The notes: a model not told the origin generated them from the sequence alone. A stretch of 64,000 nt of DNA from an uncultured Spirochaetota bacterium (GCA_963745235.1 CAVUXE010000033.1:64536-128535); one strand, 5' to 3'; positions 39,938 to 50,503 are shown, numbered from the stretch's first letter. Program-made: numbers and translations.

Positions 39938-40556
39938 TCAGTACCGCCAGCCCATGATCGCAAGGCCAAAGGCGTTCATCACCACCGGCACGGCGTGGAT
40001 GGTCCCGATGACCGAGACCTTCTTTTGAATGGTCTTCAACCCGAGCACGACGTTGATGGCAGCGAAAAACTCGAAGTATCCGAACAGGAAGGTGAGCCAG
40101 ATTCCCGCGAAGGATCGGTTCCAGAAGGGATATTCCCAGACGAGCAGGCCGCCGACATTCAACACGCACTCCACCAGCACGCAGAACGCCGAGAATGCGA
40201 TTGCCCAGAACCAGCGGGCGGGGAGCCACAGAATGCGCTCCGCGCGGTTCTCAGGGCACAGGGAATGGAAAACGATCCCAGCGATGGCGAACATGAGCAT
40301 GATCTCGATGTTCCACCCCACCATGGTGCGAAGGGCGGTGTCCCCGGGAGTGGTCCAGAACGCTGAACGCCCTGAGATGGCGAGCGCCCATCTGGGTCAG
40401 CCCGGCAAGGACCGGGTCCCAGTTCCTGCTCGCCCTGGCCTTCCGCACTTCCGTCGCGTAGATGAAAAGGACCACTGCGAGAAGCGGGATCACGTACCAC
40501 TTCAACGTTGAGAAATCACGGAGGCCCTGCAGGGCCTTTACCGAGGCGTCTGTCAT
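39938..40556 (-). pseudogene. Disrupted conserved membrane protein
   Basis: N-terminal half and C-terminal half are in different frames, break near 40395. Confidence 0.55.
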
Positions 40557-42376
40557 ACGTTCTCCTTTCGGAACTCCCGTATCGCCTGGAGGAAGAGAGC
40601 TCCGTACGCAGCCAACTTTGCTTCACCCACGCCCGGGCAACGCAGGAGGCCCGCGGAGTCCGCGGGCCTGGTGCCTGCCATTGCTCGAAGCGTCTTGTCG
40701 CTGAAAACGATATATGCCGGCAATCCTCTCGCATCTGCAATGCGCTTTCGCAATTGTCGAAGGCTCTGGAAGAGACCATCCAGAGCAGGACCGTCCAGCC
40801 GTGCCACCTCCAGCTCAAGCGGCTTTTGTGTGACCTCCGCGCTTCGTGTCCCGAGAAATGTTTCCTTGCCCTGGAGGATGAGACGACCCTTGCTGGAAAG
40901 ACTGTATCCCGCTGTGCGGCCTTCACCTCTGCGTATGCAGCCAGCCGCGTCCAGATCTCTCACCAGGTCCAGCCACCATTCCCGATTTTGATCCCGGCCG
41001 ATACCGTACGTCGGCAGCGAATCATGCCCGCGCTCAAGGACCTTGTCAGTCGGGTTGCCCGTCAGGATGTCCACCAGGTGATGCGCCCCGAATCTTTCCC
41101 CGGTTCGCACCGCGGCGGAGAGCACCTTGCGCGCGGCCTCCGTCAGGTCCGCCAGCGCCACCTCTCCCGTGCACACATCGCAGCGGGCGCAGTTGCCGTC
41201 CCGGTGCTCTGCGAAATGCGCCAGGAGCTGCGCCCGGCGGCAGACCGGAGACTCCGCGTAGCGCAGCATCTCCCGCAGCCGACCCTCCGCCCGCATACTC
41301 TCCTGCTGGTTTTCCATCCTCTCGATGTGCCACCTGATGGAGGCGATGTCGCCAGGCCCATAGAGGAGCAGCGCCTCAGCATCTTCGCCGTCCCGGGCCG
41401 CTCTTCCTGTTTCCTGATAGTAACCCTCAACGCTGCGGGGAAGGTCGCCGTGCACCACCCAGCGGACGTTCGGCTTGTCGATGCCCATGCCGAAAGCGAT
41501 GGTGGCCACGACGACTGTCACCTTGTCCGCGAGGAAGCTCTCCTGCCGCGAGCGTCGAGCCTCGTCCTCCAGGCCGGCGTGGTACGCAACGGCGTTGATT
41601 CCTTTTGACGCCAGAAACTCCGCGGTGCGTTCCACGGCTTTGCGCGTGCCGCGATACACTATGCCCGGCTCCCCCTCATGCCGTCGGAGGAAATGCAGGA
41701 TCTGCCCGTCACCGTCCCCCTCCCTCGCGCGGACCCTGTAGAAAATCTCCGGCCTGTCGAAGCTTGCGCGCACAACGAAAGGAGCCTTCAGCGCCAGGAG
41801 CCGTATCACGTCGTCCTGCACGTGCGGTGTGGCGGTTGCCGTAAAGGCGGCAATGGGGACCGCGGGGAACTCGCTGCGCAGAAGCCCCAGGGACCTGTAG
41901 TCGGGGCGGAACTCGTGCCCCCACTCGGAAATGCAGTGCGCCTCGTCCACGGCAATCAGCGTGAGCCCGAGCCTGGCCAGGGAGGAACGGAAGGCAGGAA
42001 TGGACAGCCTTTCGGGAGAAGCGTAGAGCAGGCGAACCTCGCCGGATTCGAGCGCTCGCCATGTCTTCCGGGCATCATCAGCGGACAGAGTGCTGTTGAG
42101 AAACGCCGCGGGGATGCCGTCTTCCCGCGCGCCGTCCACCTGGTCCTTCATGAGGGAGATCAGGGGACTGACTACCAGGGTGAGCCCGTCAAGCATGAGG
42201 GCGGGAAGTTGATAGCAGAGCGACTTTCCCCCGCCCGTGGGCAACGATGCGAACACGTCCCGTCCGGCCAGAACGGCTTCGACGATCTCCCGCTGGTGGG
42301 GTCGAAAGCCGTCGAATCCGAATTGATGCTTCAGGACGCGCGCAAGGTCTGCTGAGCCTCTCTTTCCCGCGTTCAC
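40553..42376 (-). CDS. recQ: ATP-dependent DNA helicase RecQ
   Basis: TGGGKSLCYQ, DEAHC, TATA, FGMGID, QETGRAARDG, Zn-binding Cys, RQC and HRDC domains. Confidence 0.95.
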   Translation of the reverse strand: MNAGKRGSADLARVLKHQFGFDGFRPHQREIVEAVLAGRDVFASLPTGGGKSLCYQLPALMLDGLTLVVSPLISLMKDQVDGAREDGIPAAFLNSTLSADDARKTWRALESGEVRLLYASPERLSIPAFRSSLARLGLTLIAVDEAHCISEWGHEFRPDYRSLGLLRSEFPAVPIAAFTATATPHVQDDVIRLLALKAPFVVRASFDRPEIFYRVRAREGDGDGQILHFLRRHEGEPGIVYRGTRKAVERTAEFLASKGINAVAYHAGLEDEARRSRQESFLADKVTVVVATIAFGMGIDKPNVRWVVHGDLPRSVEGYYQETGRAARDGEDAEALLLYGPGDIASIRWHIERMENQQESMRAEGRLREMLRYAESPVCRRAQLLAHFAEHRDGNCARCDVCTGEVALADLTEAARKVLSAAVRTGERFGAHHLVDILTGNPTDKVLERGHDSLPTYGIGRDQNREWWLDLVRDLDAAGCIRRGEGRTAGYSLSSKGRLILQGKETFLGTRSAEVTQKPLELEVARLDGPALDGLFQSLRQLRKRIADARGLPAYIVFSDKTLRAMAGTRPADSAGLLRCPGVGEAKLAAYGALFLQAIREFRKENV

Positions 42377-42485
42377 GGGCGGACTATAACCGTGGCGCTG
42401 ACGAAACACAACGGTGGCGGGCAGACCAAGGCGGCAGACCACAGGCGGTTGACACCGCGGCAACTGACGCTGCAATTTAGGCGGT

Positions 42486-42965
42486 ATGAAGAACACATTC
42501 CTCCTTGCCGTCTTTGTTGTCGTGTCGACGGCGGCGTTCGCTTTCAACCAGCCGACGGAGCTCCGGGGCATAACGACTGTGAATGTCATGGTTGCCGACC
42601 TGCCGGATGTCTTGTCTGCCAACGGCGTTGGAAAAGATGCCCTTGCATCGGCCCTCGAAGAGGCTTTGCGGGCAGCCGGGCTGACTGTCCTTTCGCAGGG
42701 TGAGTACGCTGACACGGTTCCCACGGTTTCCTTGGAGGTCCGCGCAATAAAGCCGCCCGACGGCCGAATCTATGCGGCGGACATTGTCCTTGACTGCCTG
42801 GACAATGTCTCCAGCAGGCGAACCGCCGGCGTGTTCACGGCAATAATCTGGTCGAAGAACGTGCTTGCGCTCCTGGGAGCCGTTGACCAGGGCAGGATAA
42901 TGGACGGTGAGAAAAAGCTGATCGAAATGTTTCTTGGAGACTACGCGCAGGCAAATCAGAAATAG
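42486..42965 (+). CDS. Secreted hypothetical protein
   Basis: Signal peptide (AFA); fills the gap between recQ and the next gene. Confidence 0.65.
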   Translation: MKNTFLLAVFVVVSTAAFAFNQPTELRGITTVNVMVADLPDVLSANGVGKDALASALEEALRAAGLTVLSQGEYADTVPTVSLEVRAIKPPDGRIYAADIVLDCLDNVSSRRTAGVFTAIIWSKNVLALLGAVDQGRIMDGEKKLIEMFLGDYAQANQK

Positions 42966-42995
42966 CGCGACGGCGCCGGAGAGGCCGCCGTCGCG
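42966..42995. terminator. GC-rich hairpin between convergent genes
   Basis: CGCGACGGCG...CGCCGTCGCG inverted repeat. Confidence 0.5.
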
Positions 42996-43005
42996 GCGGC
43001 TGCGC

Positions 43006-44403
43006 TCAGGCCGCGCCCTTGAGGGCCGCGCGATGCATGGGCGCCATCATCTGTTTCCTGATCATGAGCGTGAACTGCGTCCTGATCCCGGGCAGCCCCG
43101 TGATGAACCAGGCAAGACCCATCAGCATGCGGTGGCCAATCCTGCGCTGCGGGAAGTCGTAGAAGCCCAGTCTCTTGTACGCCTGGTGATCCGCGCGGAA
43201 GACGACTTTGAGCTCCGACCAGATGTCGTCCCGAAAGATTTTCATGCCGGCAACGCCAAGGAACGTGCGGGGCCTGATGTATGCTGCTTCCGAAAACCTG
43301 ACCAGCCGTTCCGCAAGCTGGTCCAGCGCCGCGTCCAGCATGGCCGCGGGGACCTCATCCGACACGAACGCCGCGAGGTTGGACTGCTGAAGCTCGGTCC
43401 AGGCCTCGTAGGTCTCCCTGAGCTCGGGCAGGAGCGAGAGGGGGCCGGAAACGATGAATGCGAGCTGCTTGCCCACCAGGGACGGGGTGTGCGTGTTGAA
43501 GAAGCTCCTGTCGAAGAACTCCCTCCATTTCCACGAAAGCTGCCGGGCCGCCAGCGCGCCGGCAAACACGATGATGTCCGCCGGCACCAGCACCGAGTTG
43601 TAGAAGTCTATGAAGCCGTCCTTGCCCGTGTACGCGCACTGGTAGGCCGCGCCGCAGCGCAGACAGCCCTGACAGCCGCCCTTGATGTCGATGTCGTAGA
43701 GGTTGACCACGCGCGCACTGCCACCCCAGGCGGCTTCGAGCCGGGTCGTCATCGCCATGAGGCTTTCCTGGCCAGACCGACCCTGAGGCCGCGCATCCGT
43801 CACTATCACGATCTTTCGCCCGCGCGTATCTGCGACATGGACGGGCGCCGCGGACCGATACGGCAGGGCGGCCCCGTCCGGCAGCTTCGCAGAAAGCCTC
43901 GGGTACTCCAGCCCGCCCTCGATGGCCGTGAAAAAGTCCTCCGCAAACAGGCGCAGGCGGCGTCTTTCCTCCGGCTTTGTCAGGTCATGCATCTTCGCGG
44001 AGTGCACGCCGACGAACCTCATTCCCAGGTCCTCGCACACGGATCGCATGTAAACGTGCGCGTTGGAATCGTAATAGTTGATGGACGTGGAAAGGGTGAC
44101 CGCGTGCTTCCCGCTGAAGGCGGACTGGGCGCCGCGCTCGGTGATGAGCTCGATGAACCTCTTGTACTGCGAGCAGACCAGCAGGATGTACAGCGGGAAC
44201 GCCCAGATCACCCCGTCCGCAGACCGCACCTCGTTCATGACGCGGTCGAGCGCCGCGGCATCCCTCTCCAGCTTCCTTGCCTGCTGCGCCACGGGCAGGA
44301 CTACGAACTGATGCTGAGGGAATGACCTTTCCAGTGACAGGACGTACTGGCGAGTCACGCTCACATCGCCCTTGGGGCTTCCATTCAGGACCACGATCTT
44401 CAT
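43006..44403 (-). CDS. Tandem flavodoxin-fold NAD(P)H-dependent oxidoreductase (iron-sulfur flavoprotein-like)
   Basis: NGSPKG; second domain with CQGCLRC-x5-C. Confidence 0.85.
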   Translation of the reverse strand: MKIVVLNGSPKGDVSVTRQYVLSLERSFPQHQFVVLPVAQQARKLERDAAALDRVMNEVRSADGVIWAFPLYILLVCSQYKRFIELITERGAQSAFSGKHAVTLSTSINYYDSNAHVYMRSVCEDLGMRFVGVHSAKMHDLTKPEERRRLRLFAEDFFTAIEGGLEYPRLSAKLPDGAALPYRSAAPVHVADTRGRKIVIVTDARPQGRSGQESLMAMTTRLEAAWGGSARVVNLYDIDIKGGCQGCLRCGAAYQCAYTGKDGFIDFYNSVLVPADIIVFAGALAARQLSWKWREFFDRSFFNTHTPSLVGKQLAFIVSGPLSLLPELRETYEAWTELQQSNLAAFVSDEVPAAMLDAALDQLAERLVRFSEAAYIRPRTFLGVAGMKIFRDDIWSELKVVFRADHQAYKRLGFYDFPQRRIGHRMLMGLAWFITGLPGIRTQFTLMIRKQMMAPMHRAALKGAA

Positions 44404-44420
44404 GATATTCCTCCCTATTT

Positions 44421-44447
44421 GTTACATCGTTATATTAACGATGTTAA
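44421..44447. promoter_or_regulatory. Putative TetR operator (two TTAAC-N3-GTTAA-like boxes)
   Basis: GTTACATCGTTAT-A-TTAACGATGTTAA. Confidence 0.7.
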
Positions 44448-44489
44448 GTACCTTGGCAAAAAAAGGGCTGGCTCGACGTCAACCCGGCA

Positions 44490-45074
44490 TCACCCTTGCG
44501 GCCCGCCCGGGTAATAGCGCATGAACAGTTCCTGCAGAGACTCTCTGGTCATGCCCTCTGCCGGCGGAAGCACTCCCGACATCATGAGAGAGCAGAAGCC
44601 GTGCAGCATCATCCATCCCATCATTGCTCCAAGGCGAGGGTCATGTTTGATCACACCGTCTTTCGCCATCTTTTCCAGGGCGCCCCGAGCCGCGAGGTAG
44701 GTGAAGTACATGACGGGGTGGTCCTCCGCGCTGGTGCTTTCGCCGAGGGGAGCCTCGAACACCAGCCGATACAGGTTGGGGTTCTCCTGCGCGTACGCAA
44801 GGTACTGCCTGCCGAGCTCCCCCAGGAACTCGTGCGGCGACAGGCCCGGATCTATTGCGCGGATCATGTCGTTGAGCTTCTCAGTGGCCCGAAGCCGCAG
44901 CTTCCTGAGAATGGCCTCCTTGCTCTCGAAGTAGTGGTAGATCGCCGTTGCGCTCACACCCACCGCCCTTGCAAGCCGCCGCATGTTGATCCCCTGGTAG
45001 CCTGAGGCGATGACCACCTTTTCCGCTTCTTCGAGGATTCTGGCTGGCAGATCGATATTGGCTGCCCTGGTCAT
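44490..45074 (-). CDS. TetR/AcrR regulator (WHG-type C-terminus)
   Basis: MRRLARAVGVSATAIYHYFESKE; WMMLHG. Confidence 0.92.
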   Translation of the reverse strand: MTRAANIDLPARILEEAEKVVIASGYQGINMRRLARAVGVSATAIYHYFESKEAILRKLRLRATEKLNDMIRAIDPGLSPHEFLGELGRQYLAYAQENPNLYRLVFEAPLGESTSAEDHPVMYFTYLAARGALEKMAKDGVIKHDPRLGAMMGWMMLHGFCSLMMSGVLPPAEGMTRESLQELFMRYYPGGPQG

Positions 45075-45091
45075 ATCGTTCTCAATACTCC

Positions 45092-45118
45092 TTAACGTCG
45101 TTACTTTAACACTGTTAA
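45092..45118. promoter_or_regulatory. Putative TetR autoregulatory operator
   Basis: TTAACGTCGTTAC-T-TTAACACTGTTAA next to minus-strand TTGACA (45132-45127). Confidence 0.7.
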
Positions 45119-45171
45119 ATGAAGTTTGTCAACAACTTTTTCAAGGTATCTTGCCGGCTAGTTTTTGCCAG

Positions 45172-46246
45172 CTACTGAGAAGCTTTTTCAAGCTGCCGAT
45201 AGGCGCTCGTGTTTATCAGCTTTGCGTTGGCCCTCGCGTAGTCAAGCGCGGTTTTGCCGGTCTTGTCTTTTGCCTTCGCATCCGCGCCCGCGGCGAGGAG
45301 TGTCGCAACCAGCATCTCCGCGCTGGCGGAGTTCGCTGCGTACATCAGGACAGTGTCGCCGCTCGAGTCCGCGACATTCACATCTGCTCCCGCTTTCACG
45401 AGCGCGACAATCACTTCGGGGATCTGGCCCGTGAGCGCACCCCACGTAACGGCATACATCAGCGCTGTCATGCCCTGCGGATCCTTGGCGTTGACATCCA
45501 CTCCCGCCGTTACGAGCAGGGAGATCACGTCCGGGTTGTGGTTGTCCGCGGCCGCGAGCATCAAGGAGCTCAGACCGTCCTGCGTCCTGGCCCCCGCCCT
45601 GGCGCCGGCGCGCAACAGCGCCGTCACAACGTCAGGAGACCCGTCGTTCATGAGGGCGGCCGTCAGCGGAGTCATCCCGTTGGGGTTGGGGTCAGTGGCA
45701 GACGCGCCGGCTTGCAGGAATGCTGAGATCACCTCGGCGGGATACCTGTTTGCCAGGGCGGAGACCAGCGGAGTATCTGCCTTTGCGGGCTTCATGTCCG
45801 CGCCGGCTTTCACAATCGCGGTTATCACATCAGACCGGATACTTGTTGCCGAGCGCAAGGATGAGCGGCGTGTACCCGTTGTTGTCTGCCACATTCACTG
45901 CGGCGCCGGCCTGCAGGAGGGCGGTGACCACGTCCGGTGACGTGTGAGCGCTCTCCAGTGCAAGGCCCAGCGGAGTCGATCCGTTGACGTCTTTGACATT
46001 TGGATCTGCTCCTGCTTTCGCCAGCACCGCTATCACGGCGGGGTCCTTGTTGTACTGCGCGGCGACGTGCAGCGAGCTCTGCCTGTTTGCATCCAGCGCT
46101 TTGACGTCCGCCCCCTGGGCAATGGCCGCTTGCACTTGCTGCGCGGACCCCGTTCGCACGAGTTCAGAAAAGTCCGCCGCCTGGGCACTCGCCCAGGAGG
46201 CCACGAAAACCGAGAAAACAACCGCGGCAACCAATCCCTTCGACAC
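45172..46246 (-). CDS. Secreted ankyrin-repeat protein (frameshift near 45835)
   Basis: Signal peptide (ASA-Q); ankyrin repeats in both partial ORFs. Confidence 0.87.
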
Positions 46247-46263
46247 GTGTGCCCCCTCGTCGA

Positions 46264-47184
46264 TCATCGAATCTGCAGAAGCGCCGACAGATTCCGGGCC
46301 AGCTTTTCCTCGTGCCCTTCGAGCTCCAGAAGCCGGATGAGCTCCGCAGCCTCTGGAGGGAGCGCAGCAGCCGGCCTCCCGTCGAGGATGGCCCGACTGG
46401 TCTGTCGGTCGAAGATAAACCTGCGCTCCACGAATCTGCGGTGCTTGGCGTTCTCAGGACACGCCTCCTGGCAGCGCAGGCAACCTATGGCCGCTGAATG
46501 CGCCCTCTGCGGAAGCCACCCGGGGAAGTCGCCGACTCCTTCGTTCAAAAATGTCAGGCACCGTGAGGCGTCGATGGAGAAGATGCCTTCCCGGAAGCAC
46601 CCGTTCGGGCAGGCGCGAAGGCAGGCGCTGCATGTGGCGCAGCGCGCAAGGGTCTTCGGCGTTCCCCAGCTTGCTTCCGGCAAGCCTGCGTCTATCCACC
46701 ATGCGTCCAGACGCGCGTAGCTCCCCATACCTTCGATGCGCAGGACGTTGTCCTTGCCATACACGCCAAGTCCTGCCCACGCTGCGAGAGTCTTGAGGGG
46801 AAGGATTGCCGGTTCAAATGCGCATCCGAGCGGTCCCAGCACCGTGCCCAGGATCTCGTTGTTCCCCGCGTTGACCCGATCCGCGAGGTATGTCGAGGGG
46901 ATGGTTGCCTCCACCAGGCCGCCCGGCAGGTCCAGGACGAGGACTGACCTGGAATGAGGGGAAGCGGCAACCAGGAGAGACGCTTCCGTGTGGTAGGAGG
47001 CGGGCGGCTCGAACCTCATTCCGCCGAAATACCCCTGGTGCACGCGGGGATCCATGAGGCCGTCACGAAGACGCGCCTGGATCCGTTCCCCGATTTCCTT
47101 CGCCCGGGCCGCGTGACAGGAGGCAATCCGCCTTCCTTCAACCTGGAAAGATTGTCTGAGCGCATCGAAAACAGAGCTTGCCAT
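46264..47184 (-). CDS. QueG-like 4Fe-4S dicluster protein
   Basis: AGLGVYGKDN, CATCSACLRACP, RCLTF, GCLRCQEACP. Confidence 0.82.
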   Translation of the reverse strand: MASSVFDALRQSFQVEGRRIASCHAARAKEIGERIQARLRDGLMDPRVHQGYFGGMRFEPPASYHTEASLLVAASPHSRSVLVLDLPGGLVEATIPSTYLADRVNAGNNEILGTVLGPLGCAFEPAILPLKTLAAWAGLGVYGKDNVLRIEGMGSYARLDAWWIDAGLPEASWGTPKTLARCATCSACLRACPNGCFREGIFSIDASRCLTFLNEGVGDFPGWLPQRAHSAAIGCLRCQEACPENAKHRRFVERRFIFDRQTSRAILDGRPAAALPPEAAELIRLLELEGHEEKLARNLSALLQIR

Positions 47185-47306
47185 CCCCAATCCCCCGGAA
47201 ACGATTATACAGGGCATTTCCCCGGTTTGCGACAACGTCACAGCTCCCGAGAGTCGATATCGATTTGGCCTCGTGCCATCGACCGCATGCCGCAGCGGCG
47301 CGGTCC

Positions 47307-48047
47307 CTATTCCCGGGAGATCTCTTGCAGCTCTTTCAGAATAAGCGCATCCGGCTGCTCTCCGTCAGAGCGCCAGGCAACCTTCCCGTTCCTGCCAATG
47401 ATGTAGAAAGTCGGAAAGATCTGGACCGCGTAGGACTTCGTCACCCGTCCCGCGCCGCCTCTTTTGTTGAAGCTGCCTCCCGCATCCCCTGGATCCAGGA
47501 GGGTCGGGTAGGGCACGTCAAAGAACCGATCGTACGCGTAGAGGCTTGCCGCGTCTTCGCTGTCTGCGTTCACCGAAAGGAATGCGAACTTCGTCGCAGA
47601 AAGCGATGCCCGAATTGCCACCATGTGCTCAGCCTCTGCCTGGCAATGAGGGCACCAGGTGGCAAAGAACTCCAGGAGCAGGGTTTTTCCCTTTTCATCC
47701 GAAAGGCTGGCCGTCTGGCCCATCGGCGTCTGAAGGGCAAAGTCCGGCGCCCGCGTCCCTACGGGAAGCAGCAAGGTGTTTCCAGACGGATAAGCCGATT
47801 CGGCGGAGAGATTCTCAATAACCCCGACAGAGCCGTCCATTGTCGAATGGAAGCCGACTGCATTTGCCGCCGTGACGAGAGCCGGGTCGGAGAAGGCGGC
47901 ATCCATATCCTCAGTTGGTGACGGAGTGCCGAACACCCTGCTCAGCTTCGCGCTCGCTCCTTTGCTGCCGCCAAGGGCCACCAGGACCCCCGCAAGAACG
48001 CTGAGGACAAGCAGTCCGCCCGTGATGAAATAGAAAAGTCTTCGCAT
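47307..48047 (-). CDS. Membrane-anchored TlpA/redoxin-family thioredoxin-fold protein
   Basis: APDF, FFATWCPHC, FPTFY. Confidence 0.85.
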   Translation of the reverse strand: MRRLFYFITGGLLVLSVLAGVLVALGGSKGASAKLSRVFGTPSPTEDMDAAFSDPALVTAANAVGFHSTMDGSVGVIENLSAESAYPSGNTLLLPVGTRAPDFALQTPMGQTASLSDEKGKTLLLEFFATWCPHCQAEAEHMVAIRASLSATKFAFLSVNADSEDAASLYAYDRFFDVPYPTLLDPGDAGGSFNKRGGAGRVTKSYAVQIFPTFYIIGRNGKVAWRSDGEQPDALILKELQEISRE

Positions 48048-48181
48048 TCTGCCTCGAGTAAATATAACCAAAAGCGGCTGCAGACAGGCGGCTCAACATC
48101 CGTAAACCAGCGGTGCCGGTACCATGCCGAAATGCTCCCGACAAAATGCCGCCCCGTCAGCTGCTTGACCTCTTGCCAGGA

Positions 48182-48219
48182 TTAATCTCTACGCAATAAC
48201 TCCTTAATGGCCCCGTAAA
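48182..48219 (+). promoter_or_regulatory. Putative OmpR/PhoB-type tandem binding sites
   Basis: TTAAT, GCAAT, TTAAT, GTAAA at an exact 11-bp period (48182, 48193, 48204, 48215). Confidence 0.5.
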
Positions 48220-48271
48220 CCCCCTGGGGTAGATTCTTCGCGTGATGCAACAAGCACCACAGGAGGTTTCC

Positions 48272-48727
48272 ATGAGTCAATCGAACAAGCGAGCCCTGAC
48301 CTGGTCACTGATCGTGATCGGGGTCATCATACTCGCCATTGGCGGCGTGATGCTGGCCACCTTCCCGTGGCAGCAGGGGGGATTTCCCTTCGCGCACATG
48401 TGGGGGCAAGGACAGGGCGTTCCGCAGGGAGCCGCGCCGGACGGCCCGCAAGCACAGGGGACTCCGCAAGCCGGGCCCGGCGGCTGGTACGGCTATCACG
48501 GGTGGTTCATGCATGGTCCACGGTTTTTCGGCGGAGGCTTCCTGATCCTCATCCTTATCGTCATTGCCATCAGCTTCTTTGCGCGGCGCTTCTGGTACTG
48601 GGGTTCATGGAGGCACGACGGGCCTGATCGGGGGCTCAACGCCGAGGAGATCCTTCGCAGAAAGTTCGCGATGGGCGAGATCTCCGAGGAAGAGTACAAG
48701 AGCCGCCTGAGCGCGCTCAGAAAGTGA
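48272..48727 (+). CDS. SHOCT-domain membrane protein
   Basis: Two TM helices; AEEILRRKFAMGEISEEEY. Confidence 0.82.
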   Translation: MSQSNKRALTWSLIVIGVIILAIGGVMLATFPWQQGGFPFAHMWGQGQGVPQGAAPDGPQAQGTPQAGPGGWYGYHGWFMHGPRFFGGGFLILILIVIAISFFARRFWYWGSWRHDGPDRGLNAEEILRRKFAMGEISEEEYKSRLSALRK

Positions 48728-48734
48728 GGACAGC

Positions 48735-48932
48735 ATGGCGTGGTTTATCGGGGGCTTTGTTCTGCTGCGGATTCTCGGAGTCGTCTTCATCGTCCTGCTC
48801 ATCGGGCGGATATTCGCCGGGGCAAGGAGCCACCATCATGGTGCGCTCGGGATCCTGAGCCGGCGGTTCGCCGAGGGTGAGATCACGGAAGAGCAGCTTC
48901 GAAAGATGCGGGACGTCCTGGAGTCAGATTGA
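48735..48932 (+). CDS. Small SHOCT-domain membrane protein
   Basis: ALGILSRRFAEGEITEEQ. Confidence 0.8.
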   Translation: MAWFIGGFVLLRILGVVFIVLLIGRIFAGARSHHHGALGILSRRFAEGEITEEQLRKMRDVLESD

Positions 48933-48990
48933 AGGTGACGGCCGCCCCCAAGGCGGGCGGCCGCACTCCGGCTGTCACGGCCCCCGAGCT

Positions 48991-49019
48991 TTGACAGCCG
49001 CTTGTGTTTACCGGATAAT
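48991..49019 (+). promoter_or_regulatory. Sigma70 promoter of the two-component operon
   Basis: TTGACA-N17-GATAAT. Confidence 0.6.
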
Positions 49020-49030
49020 CGAGCTCGCTC

Positions 49031-50503
49031 ATGACGATCAAACGGCGAGTACGGGTTGCCCTCTTCCTGATGATGCTCGTCCCGGTGTTCTTCATGGTCG
49101 GCGCTTTCGGATTCGCCAGGAGGTACATCACCAGCATAAGCCCGCTGGAACGCGAGCGGGCCTTCTTTGGCGAGTTCAACCGGCTGGTGAACGATAATCC
49201 CGGAGCCCTTTCCGACCCGCAGACCCTTGCTGCCCTGGACCAGGTGTTCGGCAGGAACACCCCCGGGTGGTGGGAGATATTGCGCGGTGACCGGGAGGTG
49301 TACCGCTCCTCGGGCGGCGTCGAGGGCGGCATGATGGGCGCGGACCCGCAGCAGGGCTCCCGCTGGCACTCGGACTGGCGCTGGCAGCGCGACTGGGGTT
49401 TGCACGCGGGCTCCATGAACCGCCGTCCCCCGGACCTGATCTGGAACTTCCGGTTCGAGGACGGAAGCCCGGGCACTCTCCGGGTGCACCTCGGTGTGCC
49501 CTGGACACCGCTGTTCAGAAGCCCGTTCGGCTTCATCGGCCTTCTTGCGTTCCTCTTCGGGTGCAACGCCCTCCTGGGTTGGTGGGTTTCCTCCAGCGTC
49601 ATCGCGCCCCTGGCAAGGCTTCGCAATGCTGCTGTCCGCATCGGCGAAGGAGACCTTCGCTTTCACCTGGACCCCGGCGGCCCTGACGAGCTCGGCCAGG
49701 TCACCGGTGCCTTCGAGACGATGCGGGAAAAGCTGGAGGCCGCTGTGAACCGGCAGCTCGCGGAGGGGACTTCCCGCAAGGAGCTCATCGCCCATGTCTC
49801 CCACGACCTTCGAACGCCCATCAACCTGATTCGCGGCTACGCCGAGGGCCTCCGAGACGGAGTGGCCTCCACGGCGCAGATGCGGGAGCGCTACCTGGAT
49901 ACCATCCTGGAACGCGCGGGAGAGCTGGAGCGGCTCATCGAGCTCCTGTTCTCCTACTCCACCATGGATCTGGAGGGCGTGCGCCCGAAGCTTGCGGCCG
50001 TCGAGGTGACCCCGTACCTGCAGGGCCTGCGAGACTCCCTCGCGGCGGCATTTCCCACCGCCGCCATCACGCTCACCCCCGACCCTTCATCTCCCCGGCT
50101 GTTCATCAAAGCGGACGTCGAGCTGACCCGACGAGTGATGTCCAACATCGTGGAAAACGCGGTCACGCACGGAGGCAAGCCGGACATTGCCATCGAGTGG
50201 CGCGTTTCGAGCGCACCGGGCGGGATTGATGTCGCCGTAAGGGACAACGGAGTCGGCGTGTCCGCAGAGGACCTCCCCAGGATTTTCGAGCCTTTCTTCC
50301 GGGCGGACCGTGCCCGCACGCGCCAGAGAGGCGGGTACGGTGCGGGGCTCGGTCTGTCCATCGTTTCCAGGATAATGCAGGCCCAGGGCGGATCGGCGCG
50401 CGCCGCGGCCAATGCTGCCGGCGGCCTCGAAGTGACTCTCTCCTTCGCGAAGGCGGAGAACGGTGTCGAGGACAACGGTGTCGAAGCGAATCCTGATCAT
50501 TGA
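49031..50503 (+). CDS. HAMP-domain sensor histidine kinase
   Basis: SHDLRTP, NIVENA, DNGVG, GAGLGL. Confidence 0.93.
   Translation: MTIKRRVRVALFLMMLVPVFFMVGAFGFARRYITSISPLERERAFFGEFNRLVNDNPGALSDPQTLAALDQVFGRNTPGWWEILRGDREVYRSSGGVEGGMMGADPQQGSRWHSDWRWQRDWGLHAGSMNRRPPDLIWNFRFEDGSPGTLRVHLGVPWTPLFRSPFGFIGLLAFLFGCNALLGWWVSSSVIAPLARLRNAAVRIGEGDLRFHLDPGGPDELGQVTGAFETMREKLEAAVNRQLAEGTSRKELIAHVSHDLRTPINLIRGYAEGLRDGVASTAQMRERYLDTILERAGELERLIELLFSYSTMDLEGVRPKLAAVEVTPYLQGLRDSLAAAFPTAAITLTPDPSSPRLFIKADVELTRRVMSNIVENAVTHGGKPDIAIEWRVSSAPGGIDVAVRDNGVGVSAEDLPRIFEPFFRADRARTRQRGGYGAGLGLSIVSRIMQAQGGSARAAANAAGGLEVTLSFAKAENGVEDNGVEANPDH

Noticed and set aside
46264-47184. Assigning the symbol queG
   Set aside because: Fe-S motifs fit but the N-terminus is divergent, so epoxyqueuosine reductase function is unsupported
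50459-50484. AACGGTGTCGA direct repeat at the kinase/regulator overlap as a target-site duplication
   Set aside because: In-frame 15-nt tandem duplication with no mobile element
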